From an uncultured Desulfovibrio sp. (GTDB lineage Bacteria; Desulfobacterota; Desulfovibrionia; Desulfovibrionales; Desulfovibrionaceae): 64,000 nucleotides of DNA. Positions 1 to 10,500 of this stretch are shown one piece after another. Where the stretch lies: contig NZ_CABSIF010000004.1 of NCBI RefSeq assembly GCF_902477725.1, forward strand, positions 31,121-95,120, read 5' to 3'. The position numbers were made by a program, and so were the translations under genes. How positions within the stretch are numbered: the stretch's first letter is position 1; every line of letters starts with the position of its first letter. Under the pieces are notes generated by a model. That model ran no database searches. It had not been told where the DNA came from and saw only the letters and a program-made list of their open reading frames with translations.

Positions 1-2
1 GC

Positions 3-3000
3 GGCGTTCCTCCTTATGAAGCGGAACCGCTGCCGCCGGATTCTCCGGCCTACGTGATCTTTACTTCCGGCTCCACCGGGCGGCCCAAGGGCGTGCCTAT
101 CGAACACGCCAGCGTTGCCAACCGCCTGTTGTGGATGCAGTCGCGCTTTCCCATCGGGCAGGGCGATGTGGTGCTGCAAAAAACCACCACCACCTTTGAC
201 GTGTCGGTGTGGGAGCTGTTCTGGTGGGCGTGGCAGGGCGCGGGCATTGCCCTGCTGGAGCCGAATGCGGAGAAAAATCCCGCCCTCATCGTGCAGGCCA
301 TTGAGGCCCGCCGGGTCACGGTGCTGCATTTTGTGCCGTCCATGCTGCGGGCTTTTCTGGATCATCTGGAGGCGCACCCCGGCGATGTGCGCAGGCTGCG
401 GTCATTACGTTATGTGTTCACCAGCGGCGAGGCCTTGCCCCGCGAACTGGTGGCACGGTGGAATGCCCTGACGCACGCGGATCAGTTGCAGGTGGAGCTG
501 CACAATCTCTACGGGCCCACCGAGGCGACCGTGGACGTATCGTGGCAGCCCTGCCTGAACACGCCGCCCCAAGCTGTGCCCATTGGCCGCCCGGTCAGCA
601 ATACCCGGCTGTACGTGCTGGATGCCTGCAAGTTCCCTGTGCCGCTGGGCGTAACGGGCGAGATCTATATTTCGGGCATTCAGGTTGCCAGAGGCTATCT
701 GAACCGGCCAGACCTCACGGCCCAGCGTTTTATGGATGACCCTTTTGCCCCCGGCAGCCGCATGTACCGCACGGGCGATCTGGGGCGCTGGCTGGCCGAT
801 GGCAGCATTGAATACCTCGGGCGCAACGATGATCAGGTGAAAATTCGCGGCTACCGCATTGAGCTTGGCGAGGTCGAGGCGGCGCTTGGGCGCTGCCGGG
901 GCGTGTCGCAGGCCGTGGTGCGGATGGGGCGCATTGGCGAATACGCGGCGCTTGAGGCCTTTTTGCTGCCGCAGGGCGGCGCACGCCTTGATCTGGTTGG
1001 CATCCGCGCGGAGCTTGCTGCCCTGCTGCCCAACTACATGTGCCCCTCCCGCTTTTTTGTGGTGCAAGATATCCCGCTGAGTCCCTCGGGCAAGGCCGAC
1101 CGCAAACGTTTGCAGGGCCAGCCCCTGCTGGCGGGTGGAGAAAAGAGCGCCGCCCCCGCTGCACACGGCCCGGATGCATTGCAGGCAGGTTCGCAAACAG
1201 GCGAGGAAACTGGCTCGGAATCCGGCGTCTCCACCGCACAGATCGAGGCCGTGCGCGAGGTGTGGCGGCAGGTCATGCCGGAAGTGGAAGCGGGGCCTGA
1301 TCTGGGATTTTTTGACGCGGGCGGCAATTCGCTCCTGCTGGTGCGGCTGCACACCCTGCTGGACAAACAGTGGCCGGGAGTATTCACGCTGGCGGGGCTT
1401 TTTTCAGAAAGCACCATCCGCGCGCAGGCCGCCTTTATTGCGCGGGCGCAGCATGCTGGCAGCAGCATTGCAACTTGCCGCGCAACCACCGCGCCCATAG
1501 CCATTATCGGTATGGCCGTGCGCCTTGGCGACTATGCCGATGTGCAGAGTTTCTGGCGTGATCTTGCCAGAGGCGCGGACAAGAATATCCCCATGCCCGA
1601 AAAACGGCGCGGCGAAACGCGGCAGATATTTGATGCCGTGGGTCTCGCCTTTGACGATGCCCGCCTGCGTGAGGCGGCCTATCTTTCGGATATTTCATCC
1701 TTTGATTACCGGCGGTTCGGGCTTTCACCCAACGATGCCAGCCTGCTTGACCCGGCCCAGCGCGTGTTTCTTGAAACAGCCCTGCGTGCCCTGGACGATG
1801 CGGGCTACGGCGGCAGCGCACTGGAAAACGCAGATGTGGGCGTTTTTGTGGGCGCAAGCCCGGTGCGTCTGTTCCAGACTGCCGTAACGCGGGCCTTTCC
1901 CGATTTGGCGGAGCAGACCTACCTGCTCAATGTGCCTTCCAACGTGCTGGCCCGCCTGAGCTACATGAAAAACTGGCACGGCCCAGCGGCCAGCGTTGAT
2001 ACGGCCTGCTCGTCCGTGCTTGCGGCCCTGCATCAGGCCTGCCGCAGCCTGCACGAGGGCGAGTGCGCCGTGGCCCTTGTGGGCGGCGCGCATGTTATTG
2101 ATCTGCCTGTAAAGGCCGATGCGGCCTTTGCCATTGAGTCTGTCTCTGGTCGTACCAGAACCTTTGACGCCGGGGCCGAAGGCGTTGGCGCGGGCGAAGG
2201 GGCGGCGGTATTCCTGCTCAAGCCGCTGGATGCCGCACTGCGCGATCATGATGCCATACATGCGGTGATCCCCGGCAGCGCCGTCAATCAGGACGGCAAG
2301 TCCTCCAGCATGGCCGCGCCCAATCCCGAGGCGCAGGCCGAGGTCATTGACCGCGCTGTACGGAACGCGGGCGTCTCGCTGGCGGACATCCAGTTTTTTG
2401 AGGCCCACGGCACGGCGACGGTTCTGGGCGACCCTGTGGAAATCGAGGGCCTGCGCAGGGCCTTTGCCCGGCAGGGCGCGCGGCGGGAGCAAAAGGCGCT
2501 TATCGGTTCAGTCAAGGGTAATCTGGGGCATCTGGATGCCGCCGCTGGCGCTGCTGGCCTTGCCAAGGCCGTGCTCTGCCTTGAAAACGGCCTTGTGCCG
2601 CCGCAGCCGCATTTTGAGCGGCCCAATCCCCATATTGATTTTGAGGCCGCGCCCGTGCGCGTGGCGCAGATGCTTGAGCCGCTGCCCCCACAGGAGCGGC
2701 CCTGGCGCTGCGGCGTCAGTTCCTTTGGCCTTAGCGGCGTAAACACCCATGTGATTGTGGCGGAGCATCAGGCGGAGCCTTTGCCGCAGGACGACGGCCA
2801 CTGGCAGTGCGTGGTGTTTTCCGCCCCGGACGAAACCTCGTTGCAGGACTACGCCAGGGCGATCGCGGCGGCTGTGGCGCGCAACGAGGGCTGGGCTCTG
2901 CATGCCGTTGCCGCCACCCTCATGACAGGGCGGGATGCCCTGCCTGTGCGCGCGGCCCTTGTAGTGCGTTCCCGGCAGGAACTGCTTGAACAACTGGACG

Positions 3001-6000
3001 CAGAGGTCACGGGCATTGCCGTGGGTAATGCGGCACGCCATGACAGCCGGGACAGCATGGAAAATTCGCTCCCCGGCGCATTCTTTGTTTCGCAGGAAGC
3101 GGCGCAGGCAGCCGCTAGCGCCTATCTTGCCGGGGCAAGCCTCGCGTGGCCCGCAGAAAGGCCCGTCTACAGGGTGCATCTGCCCGCAGCTCCTCTCGCC
3201 GCCGCTACATTGTGGCCGCGTTTTGCCGCGCATTTTCTTTCCGAGCCTGTCATGACGCCTGCCGGAAAGGCCTTTGCCCTTGCCGTGGACAGGCCGGATT
3301 TCTGGCCTGCGGCGGAGCACAGGCTTGAAGGCACTCCCTTGCTGGTGGGCATGAGCCTGCTGGATTGTCTGGGATGGATTGGCGGAGCCGCTCCCCTGAG
3401 CCTGCATGATCTGCGCTGGCGCAAGCCCGTAACCTGCGGCCCCGGCTGTCGCGCGGTATTGTTGGCGCAGGAGCAGGGCGATGCCCTTGCCGTGGAGCTG
3501 CACCACTTTGAACCTGCCCCCCGCAATTCTGGTGAGGCTTCCACGACAGGACTGTCCACAGGCACATGGAACGTGGCCGCCAGCGGCCTGGTGCGCGGCG
3601 GGATTGCCCGCCCTGCGGCGTTGAATCTGGCTACAGTGCGCGAAAGCCTGCACGAAATAGAGCAGCAAGATGCGCCGGAAGATTCGCCGCTCATGGTCAG
3701 CGGGCGCTGGCAGTGCCGCAAGGCACTCTGGGGAGCGGAGGACGGCAATACTCTGCTGGCAGAGCTGTGTCTGCCCGAGGCCTATCGTGCGGATTTCAAT
3801 ACCTTCCGCTGGCATCCGGCCATGATGGACATCGCCGCGAGCCTTGCCCTGCGCGATGCTTACGGTTTTGTGCCCGCTGGTTGCCGCATGGCGCGGCTCT
3901 ACAGCCCCCTGACCGCGCAGGCCTTTGCGCTGGTGCGCATCACTGACCGCCAGCAGGGCATGATTGTGGCCGACTGTACGGTGACGGACGCCTCCGGCCA
4001 GATTGTTGCGGAACTTGAAGGGATGACCTTTATGGCCCTGCGCAAGGGGCAAACTGCTGGCAAATCCGGCCCGGATACGCCGCAGGTTCATCCTTTGCAT
4101 GGTGAGCAGCCGCAGCCGGAACTGTACGCCATTGGCTGGAAACAGGCCGATCTGGAAGGTTGTGTTGCCGGGCCGCAAAACATCATGCTGCTTGGCGGTC
4201 AGGGTAGCCTTTTGGGTGAAGCCCTGGAGCCGCTTGCCCACGCGCGCCGCCCCTTGCCCTTGCAGGCGGATGAAGCCCGCGCTCTGGCGCGTGAAATTCT
4301 GGCTGGCCCCACAGATCATCTGCTTTGGCTGCCTGCATTAGAGCCCGGTGTGCAAAACGACACGTGGCCGCTCTGCGCCCTGCTGCAAGAGATTTGCAGC
4401 GGCGGGCTGCGCCGCCCCCTGCGCGTCACTGTTGTGGGCCGCGGGGCTTTTGCGCCGGATGCCCCTGCCCATGAACCGCATCAGGAGTCTTTGCCGCAGG
4501 GCGCGTTATACATGGGGCCGCTGCTCTGCCTGCCGTGGGAAGAGCCCAGGATTTCCTGCGCCTATGTGGAGCTTGAGGAGCAGAACGCAGCTTCCGTAGC
4601 GGCCCTTGTATCCAGCCTCGGGCTGGTTGACGGGCCATATGTGGCGGATTGCGACGGCACGGTGCGTGTGCGCGAACTGGTCAAGCTGCCGTCTGCGCCT
4701 GCCTCTGCTGCCACGCCTGCCATCACAAAGAACGGTTGCGTGGTGATTACCGGCGGCCTCGGAGGCATGGGCCAGACGCTGGCGCGCCAGATTCATGAGC
4801 GCCACGGCGCGCACGTGGTTTTGCTGCACAGAAGCAGCCAGTTGCCGCCCCATGCGCTGGAGGGCATGCCCTTTGCCGCCTTCCGCTGCGATGTCACGGA
4901 TGCCGCGCAGGTTGAAGAGGTTTTTGCAAAAATTCGGAGCGAGGTCGGCCCGGTGCAGGGCGTCATTCATACGGCTGGCGTGGCTGGCAGGGGCTACCTG
5001 CTGACCAGCGACAGGCAGGGATACGAATCCGTGCTGGCCCCCAAGGTGGCTGGCGCCTGGAACCTGCACAAGGCAACCCTTGGCGATGATCTGGCCTTTT
5101 TTGTGCTGGCTTCATCGCGCACGGCCCTTGTGGGAGCGCCGGGGCAGAGCGACTATACCGCCGCCAATGCCTTTTTGAATGCTTTTGCCCGGTATCGCCG
5201 CCGCCTTGGGCTGCCCGCACTTTCCATCAACTGGAACACATGGTCGGGTGTGGGCATGGCTGTTCGCGAGGGGCTTGGCAACGGGCCGGAGGCCGCAACC
5301 ATGCTTGCGCCGCCGCAGGCCCTTGCCGTGCTAGAGGCCGCGCTTGCCAGCGGCGAGGAGCTTGTGGCTGTAGGCATGACGGGCGAAAACGCAGAGGATT
5401 TCGCCCTTAACGGCCTGCCCGGCAGCGCGTCAATCAGCAGCAGTGCGGCGAAGGGCAACGCCACGCAGGCGCAGCCCATGGGCAATGCCGATCATTTCGA
5501 TGGGGCAGCCCTGCTTGAGATTATCCGCGATTGCCTTGGCTATGACAGGCCCCTGAACAGAGAGGACGACTTTTTTGATCTGGGCGGTGATTCCATTGCC
5601 GCAACACGCATCGTGAACCGGTTGGACAAGGAGGCGGGGCTTGCCCTCGCTGTGGCGGATCTGCTGGAAAGCGACACCCTCGGCGATATTGTCGACTGCG
5701 CCCTTGCCTCGCGCAAACCAGCGCAGCCGCTGCAAAAAGCCGAGGAAACAACGCCAGTTCTGGATAAATACCCCGTGGGCAACGAGCAGCTTGCCATCCT
5801 GTATGCCGACATGGTCAGCGAGGGCGATCTGGGTTTCAACCTGCCAGCATTCCTTGTGATGCCGCCCGATGCGGATGCGGCGCGGCTTGAAAGGACCCTT
5901 GCCCAGCTTGTGGAGCGGCACGAGGCGCTACGCACGAGCTTTTGCGATTTTGAGGCCGAGCGCCCGGCCATGATTATTCATCCCTTCACCGGGTTTACCC

Positions 6001-7568
6001 TTGAAGAAAGGCGCATCCCCGATCTTGCGCACAAGGATGACATTATCCGGCCCTTTAACCTGCGGAACGAAACGGGCTTTCGCGCCAGTCTGCTTGTGAC
6101 TGATGCGGGTGAAAAAGTGCTGTTCCTCGATGTGCACCACGCCCTTGGCGACGGCAGAACCATGTCGCTGCTCAATGTGGAGCTGTACCGCCTATATCAT
6201 GGGCTGGAGCTTGCGCCTGTAACCGCGCAGATGAAGGATATCGCTTGGCAACAGGTCACGCATCCCGATGCCGAAGCCGCAGCCTACTGGCAAAATATTT
6301 ACAAGGGCGAATTACCCCGGTTGGATCTGCCCGCATCGCATCCCCGCCCCCGGGTGCATACGGGCAGGGGCGGCACGTATGAATTTGACCTCGCGCCGGC
6401 GCTTGTGCAGGCCATCAAGGGCCTGGCCCGCCGGGAAGGGCTGACCAACTATCAGGTTTCGCTCTGCGCCTGGAGCCTGCTGGCGCAGGCCTACACAGGC
6501 TTGCAGGATATTGTGGTCGCGGTTTCAATGGACGCGCGCGGCGAACATCTCAACACGGCGGGCATGCTGGCATCAGTGCTGCCGCTGCGTTTCAGCGTGG
6601 ACCCCTGCCAGCCGCTTTCCGCCCTGTTGCGCGCTACACGGCAGGTGAGCAACGAGGGTATGCGCCACCGGGCGTACATCCTTAACAGCCTGCTGGCCGA
6701 CCTCAGGCAGACCGCATGGCCGGACAGATCGCCCCTGTCAGAGATCATTCTCTCGTACATGAACTTTGAATTTGCCGCTGAAGGGCAGGGCCTGTTTGAA
6801 TCCCTGCGGTTCAGCAAATTCTCCAGCAAGACGGATCTTTCCATCTTTGTGAGCGATATTGGCGAGAGCATAAGCATTGCCCTTGAATACTACGCAGACC
6901 TGTTCAGCGAGGCCGATGTGCTGCGCATGGCCCGCGATTATGTGCGCATTCTTGAACTCATGACTTCCGCACCTGGGGATGCGCCGCTGGGCTTTACACC
7001 CACTGACCTGCCGTGCGCCGCTGGCCGCACGGTCAGCCTTGAGCAGTGCGAGGCCTTGGCCCCGGCAGCCGTGCGGCAAGGCATTGAGGCAGTGGCGACG
7101 GGCAAGGGCGCATCTGCCGAGGCTGTGTTGCTGGCGGTGTTTGCCGTGCTGATGGGCAAGGTGACCCAACAGGAACAATTTGTGGTGGAGGTGCCGCCAG
7201 AGCGCTCCATCAGGTTCAGCATTGACGACAATATGGAGTTTGAAGAACTGCTGGCCTTCACGCAAAAGGGGCTGGCGGATAAGGCTGGTATGGGCGATGC
7301 TGACCACGGGGACTCTGGCCTTGCTGATGATGGCATGCCCCTCATGCAAAGCGCCCTGCGTTTAGGTTTTGCATTTGCGCGGGGGGGGGCCCCCACACCC
7401 GATGCGCAAGGCAATGGTTACGGCCTGTTCTGCTCGGTTCGGGAACAGAAGGAAGGTCTGGCCCTGTATTTTGCGTATGATCCACAGCAGGTTGTAGCGG
7501 AAACCGCTCAGGACTGGCTGACCTACTACGGGAATTTTCTTGAAGGCATAATTGAAGGGGCGGCATGA
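3..7568 (+). CDS. Hybrid NRPS-PKS, 5'-truncated: A(Ser-like)-PCP-KS-DH-KR-ACP-C plus partial C-like domain; no AT domain
   Basis: Frame open from base 3. A motifs YVIFTSGSTGRPKG, YGPTE, YRTGD; PCP GGNS; KS DTACSS/EAHGTAT/NLGH; DH HRLEG...HPAMMD; KR GGLGGMG and GQSDYTAAN; ACP GGDS; C HHALGDG. Confidence 0.93.
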   Translation, partial: GVPPYEAEPLPPDSPAYVIFTSGSTGRPKGVPIEHASVANRLLWMQSRFPIGQGDVVLQKTTTTFDVSVWELFWWAWQGAGIALLEPNAEKNPALIVQAIEARRVTVLHFVPSMLRAFLDHLEAHPGDVRRLRSLRYVFTSGEALPRELVARWNALTHADQLQVELHNLYGPTEATVDVSWQPCLNTPPQAVPIGRPVSNTRLYVLDACKFPVPLGVTGEIYISGIQVARGYLNRPDLTAQRFMDDPFAPGSRMYRTGDLGRWLADGSIEYLGRNDDQVKIRGYRIELGEVEAALGRCRGVSQAVVRMGRIGEYAALEAFLLPQGGARLDLVGIRAELAALLPNYMCPSRFFVVQDIPLSPSGKADRKRLQGQPLLAGGEKSAAPAAHGPDALQAGSQTGEETGSESGVSTAQIEAVREVWRQVMPEVEAGPDLGFFDAGGNSLLLVRLHTLLDKQWPGVFTLAGLFSESTIRAQAAFIARAQHAGSSIATCRATTAPIAIIGMAVRLGDYADVQSFWRDLARGADKNIPMPEKRRGETRQIFDAVGLAFDDARLREAAYLSDISSFDYRRFGLSPNDASLLDPAQRVFLETALRALDDAGYGGSALENADVGVFVGASPVRLFQTAVTRAFPDLAEQTYLLNVPSNVLARLSYMKNWHGPAASVDTACSSVLAALHQACRSLHEGECAVALVGGAHVIDLPVKADAAFAIESVSGRTRTFDAGAEGVGAGEGAAVFLLKPLDAALRDHDAIHAVIPGSAVNQDGKSSSMAAPNPEAQAEVIDRAVRNAGVSLADIQFFEAHGTATVLGDPVEIEGLRRAFARQGARREQKALIGSVKGNLGHLDAAAGAAGLAKAVLCLENGLVPPQPHFERPNPHIDFEAAPVRVAQMLEPLPPQERPWRCGVSSFGLSGVNTHVIVAEHQAEPLPQDDGHWQCVVFSAPDETSLQDYARAIAAAVARNEGWALHAVAATLMTGRDALPVRAALVVRSRQELLEQLDAEVTGIAVGNAARHDSRDSMENSLPGAFFVSQEAAQAAASAYLAGASLAWPAERPVYRVHLPAAPLAAATLWPRFAAHFLSEPVMTPAGKAFALAVDRPDFWPAAEHRLEGTPLLVGMSLLDCLGWIGGAAPLSLHDLRWRKPVTCGPGCRAVLLAQEQGDALAVELHHFEPAPRNSGEASTTGLSTGTWNVAASGLVRGGIARPAALNLATVRESLHEIEQQDAPEDSPLMVSGRWQCRKALWGAEDGNTLLAELCLPEAYRADFNTFRWHPAMMDIAASLALRDAYGFVPAGCRMARLYSPLTAQAFALVRITDRQQGMIVADCTVTDASGQIVAELEGMTFMALRKGQTAGKSGPDTPQVHPLHGEQPQPELYAIGWKQADLEGCVAGPQNIMLLGGQGSLLGEALEPLAHARRPLPLQADEARALAREILAGPTDHLLWLPALEPGVQNDTWPLCALLQEICSGGLRRPLRVTVVGRGAFAPDAPAHEPHQESLPQGALYMGPLLCLPWEEPRISCAYVELEEQNAASVAALVSSLGLVDGPYVADCDGTVRVRELVKLPSAPASAATPAITKNGCVVITGGLGGMGQTLARQIHERHGAHVVLLHRSSQLPPHALEGMPFAAFRCDVTDAAQVEEVFAKIRSEVGPVQGVIHTAGVAGRGYLLTSDRQGYESVLAPKVAGAWNLHKATLGDDLAFFVLASSRTALVGAPGQSDYTAANAFLNAFARYRRRLGLPALSINWNTWSGVGMAVREGLGNGPEAATMLAPPQALAVLEAALASGEELVAVGMTGENAEDFALNGLPGSASISSSAAKGNATQAQPMGNADHFDGAALLEIIRDCLGYDRPLNREDDFFDLGGDSIAATRIVNRLDKEAGLALAVADLLESDTLGDIVDCALASRKPAQPLQKAEETTPVLDKYPVGNEQLAILYADMVSEGDLGFNLPAFLVMPPDADAARLERTLAQLVERHEALRTSFCDFEAERPAMIIHPFTGFTLEERRIPDLAHKDDIIRPFNLRNETGFRASLLVTDAGEKVLFLDVHHALGDGRTMSLLNVELYRLYHGLELAPVTAQMKDIAWQQVTHPDAEAAAYWQNIYKGELPRLDLPASHPRPRVHTGRGGTYEFDLAPALVQAIKGLARREGLTNYQVSLCAWSLLAQAYTGLQDIVVAVSMDARGEHLNTAGMLASVLPLRFSVDPCQPLSALLRATRQVSNEGMRHRAYILNSLLADLRQTAWPDRSPLSEIILSYMNFEFAAEGQGLFESLRFSKFSSKTDLSIFVSDIGESISIALEYYADLFSEADVLRMARDYVRILELMTSAPGDAPLGFTPTDLPCAAGRTVSLEQCEALAPAAVRQGIEAVATGKGASAEAVLLAVFAVLMGKVTQQEQFVVEVPPERSIRFSIDDNMEFEELLAFTQKGLADKAGMGDADHGDSGLADDGMPLMQSALRLGFAFARGGAPTPDAQGNGYGLFCSVREQKEGLALYFAYDPQQVVAETAQDWLTYYGNFLEGIIEGAA

Positions 7569-10500
7569 TGAAGTTATCGGATTTTTCCTTTGCTGTTCCT
7601 GCAAAAAAGTCTGCAACACACGAATCTGCCAGTATTTCCGGCTCCGGCCCGCTAACTGCGGACGTCATGCAGGCGGGGGGGGAGTTCGCCAGCCTTGAGC
7701 ACCTGTTCCGCAGCATTGCTGACGCACGGCCAGAAACCCAAGCCCTGACCGGGGGCGGCCCTGGGCTGAGTTTCAGGGAGCTGGACGTTTTTTCGGAGCG
7801 CATTGCCCGTTTCATCCTTGCGCAAGGTTATGGGCATGAAGCTGTGGTGGGCGTGTTGTGCGCGCGCGGTGCGGTGTATCTGGCTGCGGCCCTTGGCGTC
7901 ATGCGGGCTGGAGCAGTGTATCTGCCCGTGGAGCGCGAGCAGCCGCAAAGCCGCAAAGAGGCCATGCTGCGGCCTGCAAGCCTGATTATTGCCGACAGTG
8001 CCTGCCTGCGCGAGGCCGAGTATTTTCACTACAGAAATCCCGGCATCCGGCACGTGCTCTGCCTTGATGCGCAGGACTATGACGATGCCGCCGAAAAAGG
8101 CACAGGCCTTGTAAGCACGGAATACTGGGAGCAGGTGGCGCAGGCAGGCAGCGACATGGGCTGGAAGAGTGACTTTGACGCCGCCCCCTGCCCGCAAAGC
8201 GAACTCGCGGCCTTGGCCGCTGCCGTGCTTGAAAAATGCGGGCTGGCTCACAGTGCAGAGGCCCATGGCGCGGAGGATTCCCGCGCAGGCCGCAAGGTGC
8301 TGGATGTGGGCAGCGGGTCTGGCTGCGTAGCGCAGGCGCTTGCCGGGGCCGCGCAGGAATATGCGGCGGTGGATCTGGCCCGCAATGAACTCAGCCGCCT
8401 TGCCCGTTTTGACGCTGCCGCCAGGGTGACGCCGTATCGTATGGAAGCGGCGGACATTCATTTTCTTGAAGGTCAGGCCTTTGACGTGGTGGTCATAAAT
8501 GGCGTGGTGGAAAATTTCCCCGGCTACAACTATCTGCGCAGGGTGCTGAATCACGCCGTGGAGATGCTCACGCCTGACGGCCTCGTTTTTGTGGGGGCGG
8601 TGCGCGATCTGGATTGCCGCGATGATCTGCGGGCCGCCTTGCAGGCCCATGCCCTTGCCACTGGCGATCAATCAGGCCTGCTGCGGCTTGATGCCTCTGC
8701 CGAGCTGTTTGTTCCCCGCCAACTCTTTACCGAGTGGGCGGCGCGCTGCCCTGTGCCGGTGCAAGTGACGTTCTCGCCCTGCGTGCTGGGCCAAACCTAT
8801 GAGCAGAGCCGTGTAGATGGCGGCGCGCAGCACGGGGCGCAGTCCTTCCGCTATGATGTTATCATCCGTCCCGGCGGCAGCTGTCCTCAGGTTCCGGTTT
8901 CGCGGTTCGGGGCGCAGTATCTGCCGCCTGCGGGCGGACAAGCCCTGCCTCCATGCGAGCCATCTCAGGCTGCCTACATCGTGTATACCAGCGGTTCAAC
9001 AGGCACTCCCAAGGGGGTGGTGGTAGAGCACCGCAACCTCATGCATATTTTGCGCGCCCTGCGGCCCTATGCGGCGGGCTGCGAGAGCGTGGGGCTGGTT
9101 GCGCCCCTGTCGTTTGACGCCTCGGTGCAGCAGTTGGCTGTGTCTGTCTTCAGTGGCAAAAGCCTGCACGTGCTGTCGGACGAAGAACGCAAGAATCCCT
9201 CGCTTTTCTGCGCCTGCGCGCGTGAGCGCGGGCTTGACCTGTGCGACATGACGCCCGCATTTTTCAACGTGCTTACAGATTGGCTTGCCGAGCAGCGTCA
9301 ACCCTTGCCGCTCAAGGCCCTGCTGCTGGCGGGTGAAGTGCTGCGGCCCGATGTGATCCGCAAATTTTACGCCATCCCCGGCAACGAGGGCGTGGTGCTG
9401 TTCAATGTGTACGGCCCTACGGAATGCACGGTGGACAGCAGCGCCTTTCGCATAGATATGGGCAACCATCAGGATTTTACCGCCTATCCCATTGGCAGGC
9501 CGCTTGAAGGCGTGCACATCTGCGCGATGGACAAAAATTGTCAGGAGTTGCCTGATTCCGTCACTGGCGAACTGTGGATTTTTGGCGATGGGGTGTCGCG
9601 CGGCTACCTGAACAACGCCAGCCCCGGCGCGTTTGTGGAAAAAGACGGCCAGCCCTGCTATCGCACGGGTGACAACGGTTATGTGCAGAACGGCCTTGTT
9701 TTTTACCGTGGGCGCGAAGACCAGCAGGTGAAAATACGCGGCAACCGCGTGGAGCTTGGCGAGGTGGAAAAGGCCGTGGCGGGCTTTCCCGGCGTGCGTC
9801 AGGTGGCGGTGGTGGCGGATACCTTTCGCGCCGGGGAGGAAAAGACCCTCGCCGCCTATGTGGTGGGCGATGTGGATATGGCCCTACTGCGCGGATACCT
9901 AGAGCAACACCTGCCGCCGTACTGCGTGCCCGCTTATTTTGTCCCCATGATGGAGCTGCCGCTTTCGCTCAACCGCAAGGTAGACAAAAAGGCTCTGCCG
10001 TCACCCTTGGGCGGGGTGGAAATTCAGCGCGGACGCATGCCTGCCGGGCCTGTAGAAGAAAAACTGGCCGGGATATGGAAGCGCCTGCTGGGCTGTGAAA
10101 TCACCGATGCCGATGCTGGTTTCTTCAGTCTGGGCGGTCACAGCATTCTTTCCATCAGGCTTATTGCCATGATTGAAAAGGAAATGGGCGTGCATGTGGC
10201 TGTGAATGAGCTGGTCACGCATTCGAGTATTGCGCAGCTTGCGGCCCTGCTGGCCGGAAAGACCGAAAAGCGCGAAAGCCCTGTTATCCAGCTGCAACAC
10301 TGCGAGGGCGGCAAGAATCTTGTGCTGTTTCATCCTGTTGGCGGCAGTGTGTTCTGCTACAGCGACCTTGCGCGCCTGCTTGGCGGCAAATATACGGTCT
10401 ATGCTGTTGAGGCGGCTGGCTTCAGCCGAAGGCGCACGTCGCTTACCACAGAGCTGCATACGGTTGAAAGCCTGGCGGAGTATTATCTGGACGAAATACT

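Noticed and set aside
9900..9907. Third CTAGAGCA terminus
   Set aside because: It lies inside an intact NRPS reading frame with no partner inverted repeat, so it is likely chance.
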